This document shows, in pieces, positions 29,469 through 38,801 of a stretch of DNA of 64,000 nucleotides. A program made the translations under genes and the position numbers. Source of the DNA: Candidatus Poribacteria bacterium (GTDB lineage: Bacteria; Poribacteria; WGA-4E; PCPOR2b); the NCBI GenBank assembly GCA_965208675.1, contig OZ242351.1, positions 3,520,001 to 3,584,000 on the forward strand, read 5' to 3'. The notes under the pieces were generated by a model. That model was not told where the DNA came from. It saw nothing but the letters and a program-made list of their open reading frames with translations, and made no database searches. The first letter of the stretch is position 1. Each line of letters starts with the position of its first letter.

Positions 29469-29828
29469 ATGAAGACTGCGATAAAACAGTGGCTGGATAC
29501 CTGCCGCGAGAAACATCAAGAGGGCGAATTGACAGAAGACGATTTCCTTCAATTGGAATCGCTTCTTGCCGGACGGAAACAGATGGTGCTTTACCTGTAT
29601 TCGAAATCGACCAACATGCGTTCGCCCATCGCTAGCTGGGCTTTGTACGATCCCACAAAACCTGATGAACCTACCCTTCCATCACAGGAGACACCGTACG
29701 CCTCAGTCATCGAAGCGGTGTGCGACGGCTGGCGGATCGTTCAATTTCCTATCTCGAAACTCTACCGGTTTTCGGATATCGATAACGCTTACTTGGGTTA
29801 TGAATTTATCTTGGAAAAATGGACGTGA
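29469..29828 (+). CDS. Hypothetical protein
   Basis: GAGG before the ATG; 119 aa ending PYASVIEAVCDGWRIVQFP..YEFILEK; co-oriented with PhyH. Confidence 0.7.
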   Translation: MKTAIKQWLDTCREKHQEGELTEDDFLQLESLLAGRKQMVLYLYSKSTNMRSPIASWALYDPTKPDEPTLPSQETPYASVIEAVCDGWRIVQFPISKLYRFSDIDNAYLGYEFILEKWT

Positions 29829-29889
29829 GATGATTTTGGGCAGGACGGAAACAGCGTTCCTATGCCTGAAAGGAAAGGAGAAGATGATT

Positions 29890-30678
29890 ATGGACGTTCA
29901 ACCCACCATGAACGACAAGCGAGTGATGGAATTCGTTTCAAACGGATATGTCGTTCTTGAGGGTATTGTTTCGGACGCATTTAACCGCTATTGTGAAACG
30001 CTGCCGGGCGGGCAGATCGACGAATTCTTCAATACACCTGAGTTTTTCAAGGAAGTTATAATGACGCCGGAAGCTGCCGGGGTCGCCCGTTCACTTTTGG
30101 GCAAAGATTTCCTCGTGCCCGTCACGGCTCATCATCACCTGTTTGAAACACCTCATTCCGGCCAGTTTTGGCATTCCGACGGGATTTCCGAATATGGTTA
30201 CGGCGTTCACCATCTCCAATGTTATTACTATCCCAAAGCGGTTAGCCTTGAGGACGGCCCCACAATGGTGCTTCCGGGCTCGCACTATCGATTAGTCGAA
30301 CGAGAAGCCCTAGCGCATTACGGCAATATCATTGGGCAGCTCTCCTTGACCGTCCCTGCGGGTTCAGTTGTTATGACCCACTACGGCATCTGGCACAAGG
30401 CGGGGCCAAAGTTGAATTCGACGCGGCGCGGGATGATAAAATATTCCTATTTTCGCACCTCCCCGCCGAAGCGGGACTGGGTGACAGATTCGGATATAGT
30501 ACCGCCTTATGGCAATCAAGGGCGCCATGCCTACGCTTCCGAAGTGGAATGCTATCGAGACCTGATTCGATGTGAACGCACATGGGCGTGGCTGTGCGGT
30601 GTGGAACCGAATGATGATGTTTGCCGGGGCGCAAAACTATTCATGGATGCTCGCCCGCTCGCAGACATCAGCTATTGA
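29890..30678 (+). CDS. Phytanoyl-CoA dioxygenase (PhyH) family Fe/2OG protein
   Basis: FVSNGYVVL, WHSD (HxD), GPTMVLPGSH, AGSVVMTHYGIWH..N..R; SD AAAGGAG upstream. Confidence 0.88.
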   Translation: MDVQPTMNDKRVMEFVSNGYVVLEGIVSDAFNRYCETLPGGQIDEFFNTPEFFKEVIMTPEAAGVARSLLGKDFLVPVTAHHHLFETPHSGQFWHSDGISEYGYGVHHLQCYYYPKAVSLEDGPTMVLPGSHYRLVEREALAHYGNIIGQLSLTVPAGSVVMTHYGIWHKAGPKLNSTRRGMIKYSYFRTSPPKRDWVTDSDIVPPYGNQGRHAYASEVECYRDLIRCERTWAWLCGVEPNDDVCRGAKLFMDARPLADISY

Positions 30679-30889
30679 GGCGGCATACCCGCCGACAATA
30701 AACCATCTAATTCCCGATGTGCTAGACGAGGAGCAGAAACAATATGTGAAGGCTTTAAGATTCGGCTGGCTTCGCTTCTACTCCTACGCACTCATTTATG
30801 AATGCGCTTTCCCTTGATGTTTATCCGAGCGATGGACAATTGAAAACTTGGGGCGGGCTCCGACGTTATCAAACGTGCATCTTTTTCGC

Positions 30890-30918
30890 TTGGCACGCAA
30901 CCGCTATCAAGGTATAAT
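30890..30918 (+). promoter_or_regulatory. Putative sigma70 promoter of the YceI-NPC gene
   Basis: TTGGCA, 17 bp spacer, TATAAT. Confidence 0.5.
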
Positions 30919-31049
30919 GTGCCCACCAGAACGTCTAAACGGACAATCGAGTGGAAGAGACACGTTGCTGCTGCGAAGTTCTCAACAAATTGAAATAGGC
31001 ACCTGTTTCCCAATACTAAAGCAAACAAAACGTCGAAAGGAAGAATATC

Positions 31050-31943
31050 TTGCGTAAATTAACCTTTAGCGCTTTTTTCTTTGTTCTGATTGGATCACTG
31101 ATATTGCCAACAGTAAGTTTAGCCGGCGAAAACCCCTGTAATCCTTGTGCGGAAGCAAGCGAGGAGCAGGCAAATCCCTGTAACCCGTGCAACCCTTGTA
31201 ATCCGTGCGCGGCGAATCCATGCAACCCGTGCGCCGCAGGGGCAACACTGTTCACAATTGACGACGATAGAAACACATTCACATTTGAGTCCAAGGCGCC
31301 GTTGGAAAAAATTATCGGCATGAGCAACAAAGTTGCAGGGCATGTTCATGTGAACCCGAACGATGTCACCAGCGGTTCAATGGCGAAATTTGAGTTGGAT
31401 CTCGCAAGCATGTCAACCGGGATTGGCCTTCGAGATGAGCACATGCGTGACCAGTTTCTGGAAACCGACAAGTACCCTAAAGCGGTGCTCACAATTGATA
31501 CAGTTACGAAAGCGTCCAGCGATACGCTTATGGATCAGAAGCCGGTAACGCTGGATGCAAAAGGAACGCTTGAGTTGCACGGCGTAAAGAATGAGGTGCA
31601 CCTCGAAGGTATCACCGTGACGTTTCTCAAAGAAAATGAACAAACCAATATGAGGCTGCCCGGCGATCTTATACATATTGACGGCAGCTTTGTATTGAAG
31701 CTTTCCGATTACAAAATCAAAAGGCCTCAGTTAGTCCTTCTCAAGTTGGACGACAACATCAAAGTCAGTGTCGATCTGTTTGGCACAACCGCCAAGATGT
31801 CGACGGAAAATCCGTGCAACCCCTGTAACCCATGCGCGGCGAATCCATGCAACCCGTGCAATCCGTGTGCGGCGAATCCGTGCAACCCATGCAACCCTTG
31901 CGCGGAAAATCCCTGCAATCCGTGTAACCCCTGCAGCAAATAG
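31050..31943 (+). CDS. Secreted YceI-domain protein flanked by Asn-Pro-Cys repeats
   Basis: Signal peptide; YceI core [46 protein letters not shown]; 8 NPC N-terminal and 12 NPC C-terminal. Confidence 0.9.
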   Translation: MRKLTFSAFFFVLIGSLILPTVSLAGENPCNPCAEASEEQANPCNPCNPCNPCAANPCNPCAAGATLFTIDDDRNTFTFESKAPLEKIIGMSNKVAGHVHVNPNDVTSGSMAKFELDLASMSTGIGLRDEHMRDQFLETDKYPKAVLTIDTVTKASSDTLMDQKPVTLDAKGTLELHGVKNEVHLEGITVTFLKENEQTNMRLPGDLIHIDGSFVLKLSDYKIKRPQLVLLKLDDNIKVSVDLFGTTAKMSTENPCNPCNPCAANPCNPCNPCAANPCNPCNPCAENPCNPCNPCSK

Positions 31944-32003
31944 ATAGCGGGTTGCAATCGTGAGAGGTACTGACTCTCTACGATTATTACCGTATCGTGT
32001 ATT

Positions 32004-32075
32004 GGTAACCGTTCAGAATTTTACGGCTATATCCTGACTGAACAGCATCAGCCCCTGAACGGTTACCTTTTTTTT
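32004..32075 (+). terminator. 13-bp inverted repeat plus U-tract (terminator or MITE-like remnant)
   Basis: GGTAACCGTTCAG (32004-16) ... CTGAACGGTTACC (32055-67), followed by a T run. Confidence 0.5.
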
Positions 32076-32306
32076 GCCCTTTTCAATTAGAGATTAACAA
32101 CCTGTTTGAAAGTTTATTTCTTACAGCACCAGTTGCCTTAAGCCAAAGCCCCAGAGGGGCGACAGATTATAACTCAAACGCCCAAGAATCGGTTTACCGC
32201 CTATTTTTCAAACAGGCTCGAAGAGCAATCTTACTGCGTCGCTCAAGCACATTGAAACGGGAAACGGTGCTTTGCAGCACGGTACGTAACGCAGACAGGA
32301 AAACCA

Positions 32307-33056
32307 ATGGAAACGGAAAAATTCTGGTATTTGAAGCACACTAACATCTTTGCCGGCATGACGGATGTGGACTACGGCGATCTGAATCGAATGGCGGACA
32401 TGGTGCGCTACAATCGCCATGAGCAGGTCCGAGGCCAAGACGAATCGGAGGATGTCATCTATCTGATCAAGGAGGGGCGGGTCAAAATCTACAAGCCTTT
32501 GCCGGAAGAAAAAGAACTGACGCTTGCGGTTCTTGAACCGGGGGAAATCTTCGGGGAGACGGCGATGTTTGAGGAGGAACCGGGTGGCGGAATCGCAGAG
32601 ACATTAGATGACATGCTGCTTTGCGTCATACGCCGGCGAGACTTTGGAATCCTGCTGCGCAAAAAGCCGGAGTTGGCAATGCGTACCGCGATTATGGTTG
32701 GAGTGAAAAGACGATGTATCGAAAACCGGCTTGAAAATTTGGTATTTCGCAGTGTGTCCTCGCGGCTGGCACTGCTGTTGATTGCCTTAGCGGAAAAAGA
32801 CGGCATCCGCGAAAGCCGGGGAATCAGGTTGAGCGTAAAACTTTCAGAACAGAAATTGGCGCGTTTAACTGCAACTCCACGCGAGACAACGAGCCCGCTT
32901 CTCAATGAAATTGAACGCTTGGGGTATATCGAAATCCGGCGTCGCCGAATCAAAATTTTGAATCAGTGGGCATTGAAAAAAATTGCAGATGATAGAATGA
33001 GAGAATTATCGATTCAAGAAGATCCAGAACCGACAGATGATTTTGCCGGTCTTTAA
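32307..33056 (+). CDS. Crp/Fnr-family transcriptional regulator
   Basis: IYLIKEGRVKI, PGEIFGE cNMP-binding fold; HTH LSEQKLARLTATPRETTS. Confidence 0.92.
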   Translation: METEKFWYLKHTNIFAGMTDVDYGDLNRMADMVRYNRHEQVRGQDESEDVIYLIKEGRVKIYKPLPEEKELTLAVLEPGEIFGETAMFEEEPGGGIAETLDDMLLCVIRRRDFGILLRKKPELAMRTAIMVGVKRRCIENRLENLVFRSVSSRLALLLIALAEKDGIRESRGIRLSVKLSEQKLARLTATPRETTSPLLNEIERLGYIEIRRRRIKILNQWALKKIADDRMRELSIQEDPEPTDDFAGL

Positions 33057-33294
33057 GCCCACTAATTAACCCTTTTATCCAGGAGCTAGTTGGACAGATT
33101 TGCTTGTGTGGGAGTAGCGTAAGGTGATTTAATGGGTTCTGGCAGAAGATGTTCTGAACAAGGGGGTTGAATTAATCGTTAAACCAGAGGAGAGCAGACG
33201 CACAATGGTAATTCATGACGCCGCGATGTGTTCCGCCCAAAAAAAGAAAGATTTAATTCAAACTCCGTTAGGTAGGCAACAGCTATTGTAGCGA

Positions 33295-33498
33295 GTGATA
33301 CCAACGGTTATACAAGAGAATGGGTTTAAATGGGAGTGGAAGCGAAATATTTCACCTCCACATCTCAGATGTTCAATGGGATTGCGCGTTACAGTTGTGT
33401 GCTGGTTGAAGGTTGTGTTGTTTTTTTTAATGAAGCGACAGTCTTCAAGTAACTTACTACGAGAATACGAATTTTCGAGTGATGAACTCAACGGTTGA
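33295..33498 (+). pseudogene. Possible decayed DUF4160-like gene
   Basis: PTVIQENGFK..PPH..F..EL resembles the DUF4160 N-terminal pattern but is degenerate. Confidence 0.3.
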
Positions 33499-33593
33499 TC
33501 GGGGTTCCCGGTGTTTTTGGCAACATGTTGCGAGACTTCACACAAAGTAACTAGTTTGTTTTCCAACCGGCTCTCCGGTACCGTTTCCGAATC

Positions 33594-33860
33594 CTACTCC
33601 TGTTGGAATGCCTCAAAGACAATAGACAATCGCTCTATACACGAATCGCAATCGGAAACGTCCTCCACCAAAGTGGCGTGCATTCCGATTTGCGGATGGG
33701 TTGCAGGTACGGAGGGGTGTTGATCGAAGTCAAAGCGCGCGGAATCGACAGCCGCGGAAGTTGAATTTGGCATAGAAGATCGATCCATTTTATATGCAGA
33801 AAAGCAGAGCAGAATTGTGCAGACACAAAGTGACGATAACGTGACCCAATACGCCTTCAT
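33594..33860 (-). CDS. Small exported hypothetical protein with CxxC
   Basis: Signal-like N-terminus, CDSC; ATGA overlap with the upstream gene and GAGGAGG SD. Confidence 0.6.
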   Translation of the reverse strand: MKAYWVTLSSLCVCTILLCFSAYKMDRSSMPNSTSAAVDSARFDFDQHPSVPATHPQIGMHATLVEDVSDCDSCIERLSIVFEAFQQE

Positions 33861-35263
33861 CTAGGATCCTCCTCTTTGCTAAAGTCCTGCTCCACCGGCT
33901 CCGCGCCCTCCGGATCATCTTTACGTACGTCGTTGAGGTCCTTTGCCTCCGGCACGGACCGCGCGCTCTCAATATCTTCCACCGAAAACTGTTCTCTTAA
34001 CGTGGGTGCAAGTCGCGCGTCTACGGGGACGGAGGGAGCCACCGATGGCGCTTTCGATTTGAACTTTTCACTTTCAACCAACGGTGCAGTCCTGGCACGG
34101 TGGACTTCGGTGTTTGAGATTGTGGAATCTTCCCACGCTTCTGTCGGTTCAGATTCCGGTACAAAATCCGTAGGTTCGTTTTCAGTGGAGGGGGAAGGGT
34201 TTGTGATATTACGCAATTCGGAAGTAGGGGAAACGTCGAATGCGTCTTCTGACTCGATGCGTTTTCCCACCAAATTCATCCATTCACGGTATGCTTCTGG
34301 GTCCTCATGGAAACGCAACAACAACCAATCCGCATTTTCACGATTCGTCGAAAATACCTTCACGCCATCGACTCCCCCGAACTGATTGATCGCTACAGCG
34401 AAACGCTCTGCCATCTCATCGTCCTCTTCCTCTGGTGCTTGATTGGGATATTTCGCTTTGTACTCCGCTTCAAGGCTTCGTTGATGTTGAGCAATAATGT
34501 CAGCAACATCTATCTCTCCTGCTTCTGTCAAGCCGTGTGCAACAAAGAGTTGAAGCATATCGTCGAGCGTCTTTGGATTTTGTCGCTCCAATTGTTCTTG
34601 AAAAGACTCGGATTCCACGATCTTCATTAGTTTTTGGACAGTTGGGTCTTTAGCTTGATCGGGAGTAAAGAATTGAGTCATCAAATTAACCATTATTTTC
34701 ACGGAGGGGGAAGCAGATGTTGAGGCTTTCCTCTTTGGCCCCCTGTTATGAGTTGACGATTTATCCACGGTCATCCGCTGCACACCCGATTCTTTTCCTA
34801 CGGTATGTGATTTATCGCTGCTGATCTCCAGGTACTTCAGGTAAAAGAGAGGTCCAAAAGTAATTAGACTAGCGCCAATAGGGATGTAAGTCTGCCATAT
34901 TGGAGTTGACCACTTAGACCCCGCATTTTTTTGTGAATGCAATAAGTGTCCAAATATAAAAAAAACACCGACTAACATCGAAATGATGCTCAAATATATA
35001 TCACCGCTTATCAGAATATATAACGAGCCACAAAAAATCATCACGGCTACTACAATCACGTAACGGTTTTCATTTCCTGGAAATTTCCGGATTGCATTCA
35101 GAAAAACTTCAAGTAGCGTCAGGCCAATGCCGATTAATCCCATCGTTAAAGCACTCTGAATCCATCCTTCTATCCAAAAAGATAATGAAAAGCCAAAAAA
35201 TACAGCCGCTGGTAAATATCGTAGGATCACAGTAAGTTTTTTTCCAATATCCAAGATTGCCAT
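33857..35263 (-). CDS. Hypothetical membrane protein (N-terminal multi-TM region, large soluble C-terminus)
   Basis: Long ORF with about 5 hydrophobic helices, then a helical/acidic region. Confidence 0.7.
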   Translation of the reverse strand: MAILDIGKKLTVILRYLPAAVFFGFSLSFWIEGWIQSALTMGLIGIGLTLLEVFLNAIRKFPGNENRYVIVVAVMIFCGSLYILISGDIYLSIISMLVGVFFIFGHLLHSQKNAGSKWSTPIWQTYIPIGASLITFGPLFYLKYLEISSDKSHTVGKESGVQRMTVDKSSTHNRGPKRKASTSASPSVKIMVNLMTQFFTPDQAKDPTVQKLMKIVESESFQEQLERQNPKTLDDMLQLFVAHGLTEAGEIDVADIIAQHQRSLEAEYKAKYPNQAPEEEDDEMAERFAVAINQFGGVDGVKVFSTNRENADWLLLRFHEDPEAYREWMNLVGKRIESEDAFDVSPTSELRNITNPSPSTENEPTDFVPESEPTEAWEDSTISNTEVHRARTAPLVESEKFKSKAPSVAPSVPVDARLAPTLREQFSVEDIESARSVPEAKDLNDVRKDDPEGAEPVEQDFSKEEDPR

Positions 35264-35353
35264 AGGAATGCCCCAGTGCTTCTGTGTAGGCGGATAGGGA
35301 AGCAACCTACCTCTATCCGCTTACGTTCGTACAATAATTAGAAATCAGATATA

Positions 35354-35662
35354 TCACGAAATTGCCGCGTGTTCCCTTTCGTGTGCATCTCGACAATCGT
35401 TTAAGGCCTGTCTCTTGCTATTTGCATCAAGTGTTGCGAGACCAACAGCAGCCGTTGCCGCGGCGCAAGCGATGCCACCCGGAATTGTGAAAACCTGTGG
35501 CGGTCTACAAAGCAACATCGCAAACGTGGTGGCAACACCCACTCTTCCCATCGCAGCCCAATATGCATCACTTTGGGACTTGCATGGATCGGTAGAATGG
35601 TCACAGTGCGCGTATACATCGCGTATACACAAGGAATAGCTAACCACTGACACAATTATCAT
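35354..35662 (-). CDS. Small Cys-rich secreted peptide (bacteriocin-like)
   Basis: Signal-like N-terminus ending VYA; 6 Cys; hydrophobic Ala/Gly hairpin. Confidence 0.55.
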   Translation of the reverse strand: MIIVSVVSYSLCIRDVYAHCDHSTDPCKSQSDAYWAAMGRVGVATTFAMLLCRPPQVFTIPGGIACAAATAAVGLATLDANSKRQALNDCRDAHEREHAAIS

Positions 35663-35836
35663 AAGCTATTTTGACGGAAAAGTAAAACGAATTCTAATCT
35701 TCTGATGCCTGTAATTCCGCAACTCTTTCAAACAATTTTAACCATTCCTCTGTTGTTTTTGGACAATTTTCCTGAAACCTTTGGTCATCGACATCATCGT
35801 CATTCGTATGCAAATCTTGTATTAGTGGTATTGTAA

Positions 35837-36131
35837 TCACCTCCATTCATGGGGGTTTGGTTGAGCGCTGTGGTGGTGCTCAGCCACAAAGAGATTTGCA
35901 GCGTTTTCCATGAAGTGTTGGCGCCATTTGGACAGTAAGGTATCGCTGATTTGATATTCGTTACAAATTTCAACTGGGCGTTTCCGCCCACTGATGATAT
36001 TTAGCACACATTCGAGCTTAAATTCGGGTGTAAATTGCCGTCTTGACTTCGACATGATAGCCCCTTTCTGGACGGTTAGTTATTATAAAATCCTTACTTA
36101 GCTCACTGTCCAGTTTTTTGGGGTCATTTCA
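35837..36131 (-). mobile_element. IS3-family remnant: left IR plus truncated orfA
   Basis: Minus-strand end TGAAATGACCCCAAAAAACTGGACAG starting at 36131; orfA (35837-36055) MSKSRRQFTPEFKLECV..EYQISDTLLSKWR HTH; no orfB or right IR seen. Confidence 0.8.
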
Positions 36132-36470
36132 ATGATATCCCCTCTTCAATGCAAGGCAAATCTCTCGTAACAGGTCTCGGCGCACAAGATAGTTTGAATA
36201 ATCCGCTCGATGATGAGACGCTGATATCAGAGCGGCTCAAAGGGTTGGGATATATTTCCTAGGGTATGCTTCCTGTCTTTTCCAACACTCATTCCTGGTT
36301 TTTTTATCGTCCTCCACGGCTCTATCCTACCATTCTCACCCAAAACCTAGACATTTCATTAAGGTGGCCCTCCCATTGGGTATTGCACAGTTTGTGGACA
36401 GCCCCGTTCATTTATTGGACAGTTTTTCAAGCAATGTTCGCTGTCACGCCATATTTTAAAACATTTCAAA

Positions 36471-36487
36471 TTGGCACCATACTTGCT
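36471..36487 (+). promoter_or_regulatory. Sigma54 (-24/-12) promoter
   Basis: TTGGCAC-CATAC-TTGCT with exact GG-N10-GC spacing, about 90 bp before ATG 36575. Confidence 0.7.
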
Positions 36488-36574
36488 ATAATTTATGCAA
36501 GCGTTTTACCTCAATTTGAGAAAGCACAGAATACAGTAAAAAAGCAGCCTATATACAAATGGGAGAATTAGTCC

Positions 36575-37315
36575 ATGCGTATAAAATCTTTAAGTAAATA
36601 TGAAAAGTTGGTCGTTGTATTTGCGATTATCGGATTTGTGGGTGCCGCCGCATATTTGATCGTTAGAGAAATGTACGTTGAAGATACCACGGTAACTGTC
36701 TATGAGGTTGGCGATCCAATTAAACCAGAATACCACTCGAACCGACATCTGGCGAGCGGACACTCGCCTAACCGCGCGACTAAGACAATCGAATCGAGTG
36801 GAAGCTCGATTACATCAGAGACGCCCCTAACAAATGATTACACAGGTGAGGTAGAAGTTCTTGATGGTAGCGGAAAAGCCGATTTGGCCCCACAAGATGT
36901 GGAAATTTCAAGTGCCGATTCATACATGCCCGTTGAAGGATCGCCGCAATATCGACCGAAATACTCTCACGTGCAGGGATATATAGTCGACCGCGATGAA
37001 CTCGTCAGACGGTTCGGAGATTTTCCACAAGTGCACACAGCATATGAGTACCTGCGAAAAGCTTCTATGGGGAAGGAAAAAACAACCAAAGAAGAGATTG
37101 CCGGGATAGAAGCATTGAAATATCTCTATCCTGAGCTACACACTCCGGTACATGAAGAGTTTTTGCAGGCACTAAAAGAAGATAGAGTTATCCCAATAGG
37201 GCAGTTGACTTCGCCTGAACTATTTGATGCCATAAATGCACTTCAAGGAGCTACCTTATCTCCTGAGATGTATGAAGCGTTAAAAAATGGTAGATTACCT
37301 TTGTACGGCCACTAA
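36575..37315 (+). CDS. Hypothetical membrane-anchored protein
   Basis: GGAG SD; one N-terminal TM helix; 246 aa. Confidence 0.7.
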   Translation: MRIKSLSKYEKLVVVFAIIGFVGAAAYLIVREMYVEDTTVTVYEVGDPIKPEYHSNRHLASGHSPNRATKTIESSGSSITSETPLTNDYTGEVEVLDGSGKADLAPQDVEISSADSYMPVEGSPQYRPKYSHVQGYIVDRDELVRRFGDFPQVHTAYEYLRKASMGKEKTTKEEIAGIEALKYLYPELHTPVHEEFLQALKEDRVIPIGQLTSPELFDAINALQGATLSPEMYEALKNGRLPLYGH

Positions 37316-37423
37316 AGCAAGCACTTGAAACGGCTTTAGCTTGAGGCATTCTTCGGAACGATTTATTCGTCTCTTGCAGATAATAAATTCTAATCTCAAC
37401 ACAAAGTAATGGAGGACACGTCA

Positions 37424-38548
37424 ATGACATCGAAAAATCGACGCAAACACGCAACTATTGTATTGGGACTCATCATTTTTATCAGCCAGCCTTTTTATGG
37501 GGCAAGCCAAGCCGCGGATGCTTCAGAATACCGTGAGTTGAATCAGCAAGTGATAGAAGCGATTGATCGGGGGCTTAATTGGCTGAAACTACAGCAAGGG
37601 GAGGACGGGTTTTTTCGCGATCACCCCGGGTTAACCGCTCTGGCAATATCTGCGTTCTTGCGGCACCCTGAAAATAGGTTTAAGGAAGCCGAACATCCGT
37701 TTATCCAAAAGTCAATTGAGGCATTGCTCAAATTACAGCAACCCAATGGCGGGATTTATGATGTAGATAAACAGCCCGCGTTGCCGAACTACAATACCTC
37801 CGTCGCGTTACTAGCGCTGTCAGATACGAACAACCCCAAATACAAAGACGCGATTGAGAATGCGCAGAATTTTGTCAAAGGACTTCAAGTTCAGGATACG
37901 GAAAGCGTGTATTACGGCGGTATCGGTTATGGAAGCCGCGAGACCGTGCACGATTTATCCAATCTGAACTTTGCGCTTCAATCCTTAAAAGAGAGCGGTG
38001 TTGAAGATCAGGCTGTATGGGACAAAGCCATCAAGTTTCTCGAAAGGTGCCAAAATAACAGCGAAACCAATGATCAGCGTTGGGCTGGGAACGACGGCGG
38101 TTTTATTTATGCCCCTGACGGCGAGAGCAAAGCGGGGAGCAACAAATCCTATGCGAGCATGACGTATGCGGGGTTGTTGAGTTTTATCTACGCCAATGTT
38201 GAAAAAGACGACCCGCGTGTGCAGGCTGCCGTCAATTGGATAAAGCAGCACTTCACCGTTGAAGAAAACTACGGTATGGGCAAACAGGGACTTTACTATA
38301 ATTACCATACAATGGCAAAAGCGCTCAAAACCTACGATGAAGCTGTTATTGTCGATGCTAAAGGCATCTCTCACGATTGGTACAGGGTACTCGCCGAAAA
38401 ACTTATCTCCGAGCAGATTGTTTTAGATACGGAGCAATCCCAAGGGTACTGGCAGAACTCGGAAGCGAGATGGTGGGAACGCGATCCCGTACTGGTAACC
38501 TCCTATTCGGTATTGGCGCTCGCCGCAGCGTACCGACCGTCGTCATAG
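37424..38548 (+). CDS. Secreted prenyltransferase/squalene-cyclase-repeat (alpha/alpha-barrel) protein
   Basis: GGAGG SD; signal peptide; QW-like repeats (LKLQQGEDG, LQQPNGG), GGIGYG, DLSN, DGGFIY, YASMTYAGL. Confidence 0.85.
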   Translation: MTSKNRRKHATIVLGLIIFISQPFYGASQAADASEYRELNQQVIEAIDRGLNWLKLQQGEDGFFRDHPGLTALAISAFLRHPENRFKEAEHPFIQKSIEALLKLQQPNGGIYDVDKQPALPNYNTSVALLALSDTNNPKYKDAIENAQNFVKGLQVQDTESVYYGGIGYGSRETVHDLSNLNFALQSLKESGVEDQAVWDKAIKFLERCQNNSETNDQRWAGNDGGFIYAPDGESKAGSNKSYASMTYAGLLSFIYANVEKDDPRVQAAVNWIKQHFTVEENYGMGKQGLYYNYHTMAKALKTYDEAVIVDAKGISHDWYRVLAEKLISEQIVLDTEQSQGYWQNSEARWWERDPVLVTSYSVLALAAAYRPSS

Positions 38549-38577
38549 CTAGCATATTTAATTGATTGTACTAACAT

Positions 38578-38606
38578 AGCCCAAGCTGTGCGCTTGGGCT
38601 TTTTTT
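38578..38606 (+). terminator. Rho-independent terminator
   Basis: AGCCCAAGC-tgtgc-GCTTGGGCT followed by a T run. Confidence 0.85.
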
Positions 38607-38696
38607 ATGTTAGCGCGGCGTTGACGGTCTTCTGTGGACAATCTTTTTGGGAAGGGTTTGTCAACTATGACCAGTCTCGGCAACACAGTTAGAAGA

Positions 38697-38760
38697 GTCA
38701 CGGATATCCGTGACCAGCTTTATTTTAACGCTTGATCTCTATTTGCGGGAATGCTATAAT
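38697..38760 (+). promoter_or_regulatory. Promoter of the Rieske/cyt b operon with upstream 18-bp palindrome
   Basis: GTCACGGATATCCGTGAC (38697-714); TTGATC (38732-37), 17 bp spacer, TG-n-TATAAT (38755-60). Confidence 0.75.
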
Positions 38761-38801
38761 ACGCGCCGTGAATTCAATCTTTGAAGTGTGAGGTGGCAAA
38801 C

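Noticed and set aside
29566-29889. N-terminal extension of the 370-aa PhyH ORF
   Set aside because: It overlaps the upstream gene in another frame. The SD and the family pattern support a start near 29890.
30890-30906. TTGGCACGCAACCGCT as a sigma54 promoter
   Set aside because: The GG-to-GC spacing is one base short. It fits better as a sigma70 -35 with TATAAT 17 bp downstream.
31130-31935. NPC repeats as heme c sites or a DNA microsatellite
   Set aside because: No His follows the CxxC motifs, and synonymous codon variation indicates a protein-level repeat.
33075-33160. TTATCCAGGAG start resembling a SAM-I riboswitch
   Set aside because: The remaining conserved elements are not recognisable, and there is no Met/SAM gene downstream.
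36266-36571. 101-aa plus-strand ORF
   Set aside because: It has no recognisable motifs or SD, and it spans the sigma54 promoter region of the next gene.
37424-38548. Squalene-hopene cyclase (shc)
   Set aside because: It is about half the expected length, has a signal peptide and lacks the DxDD motif.
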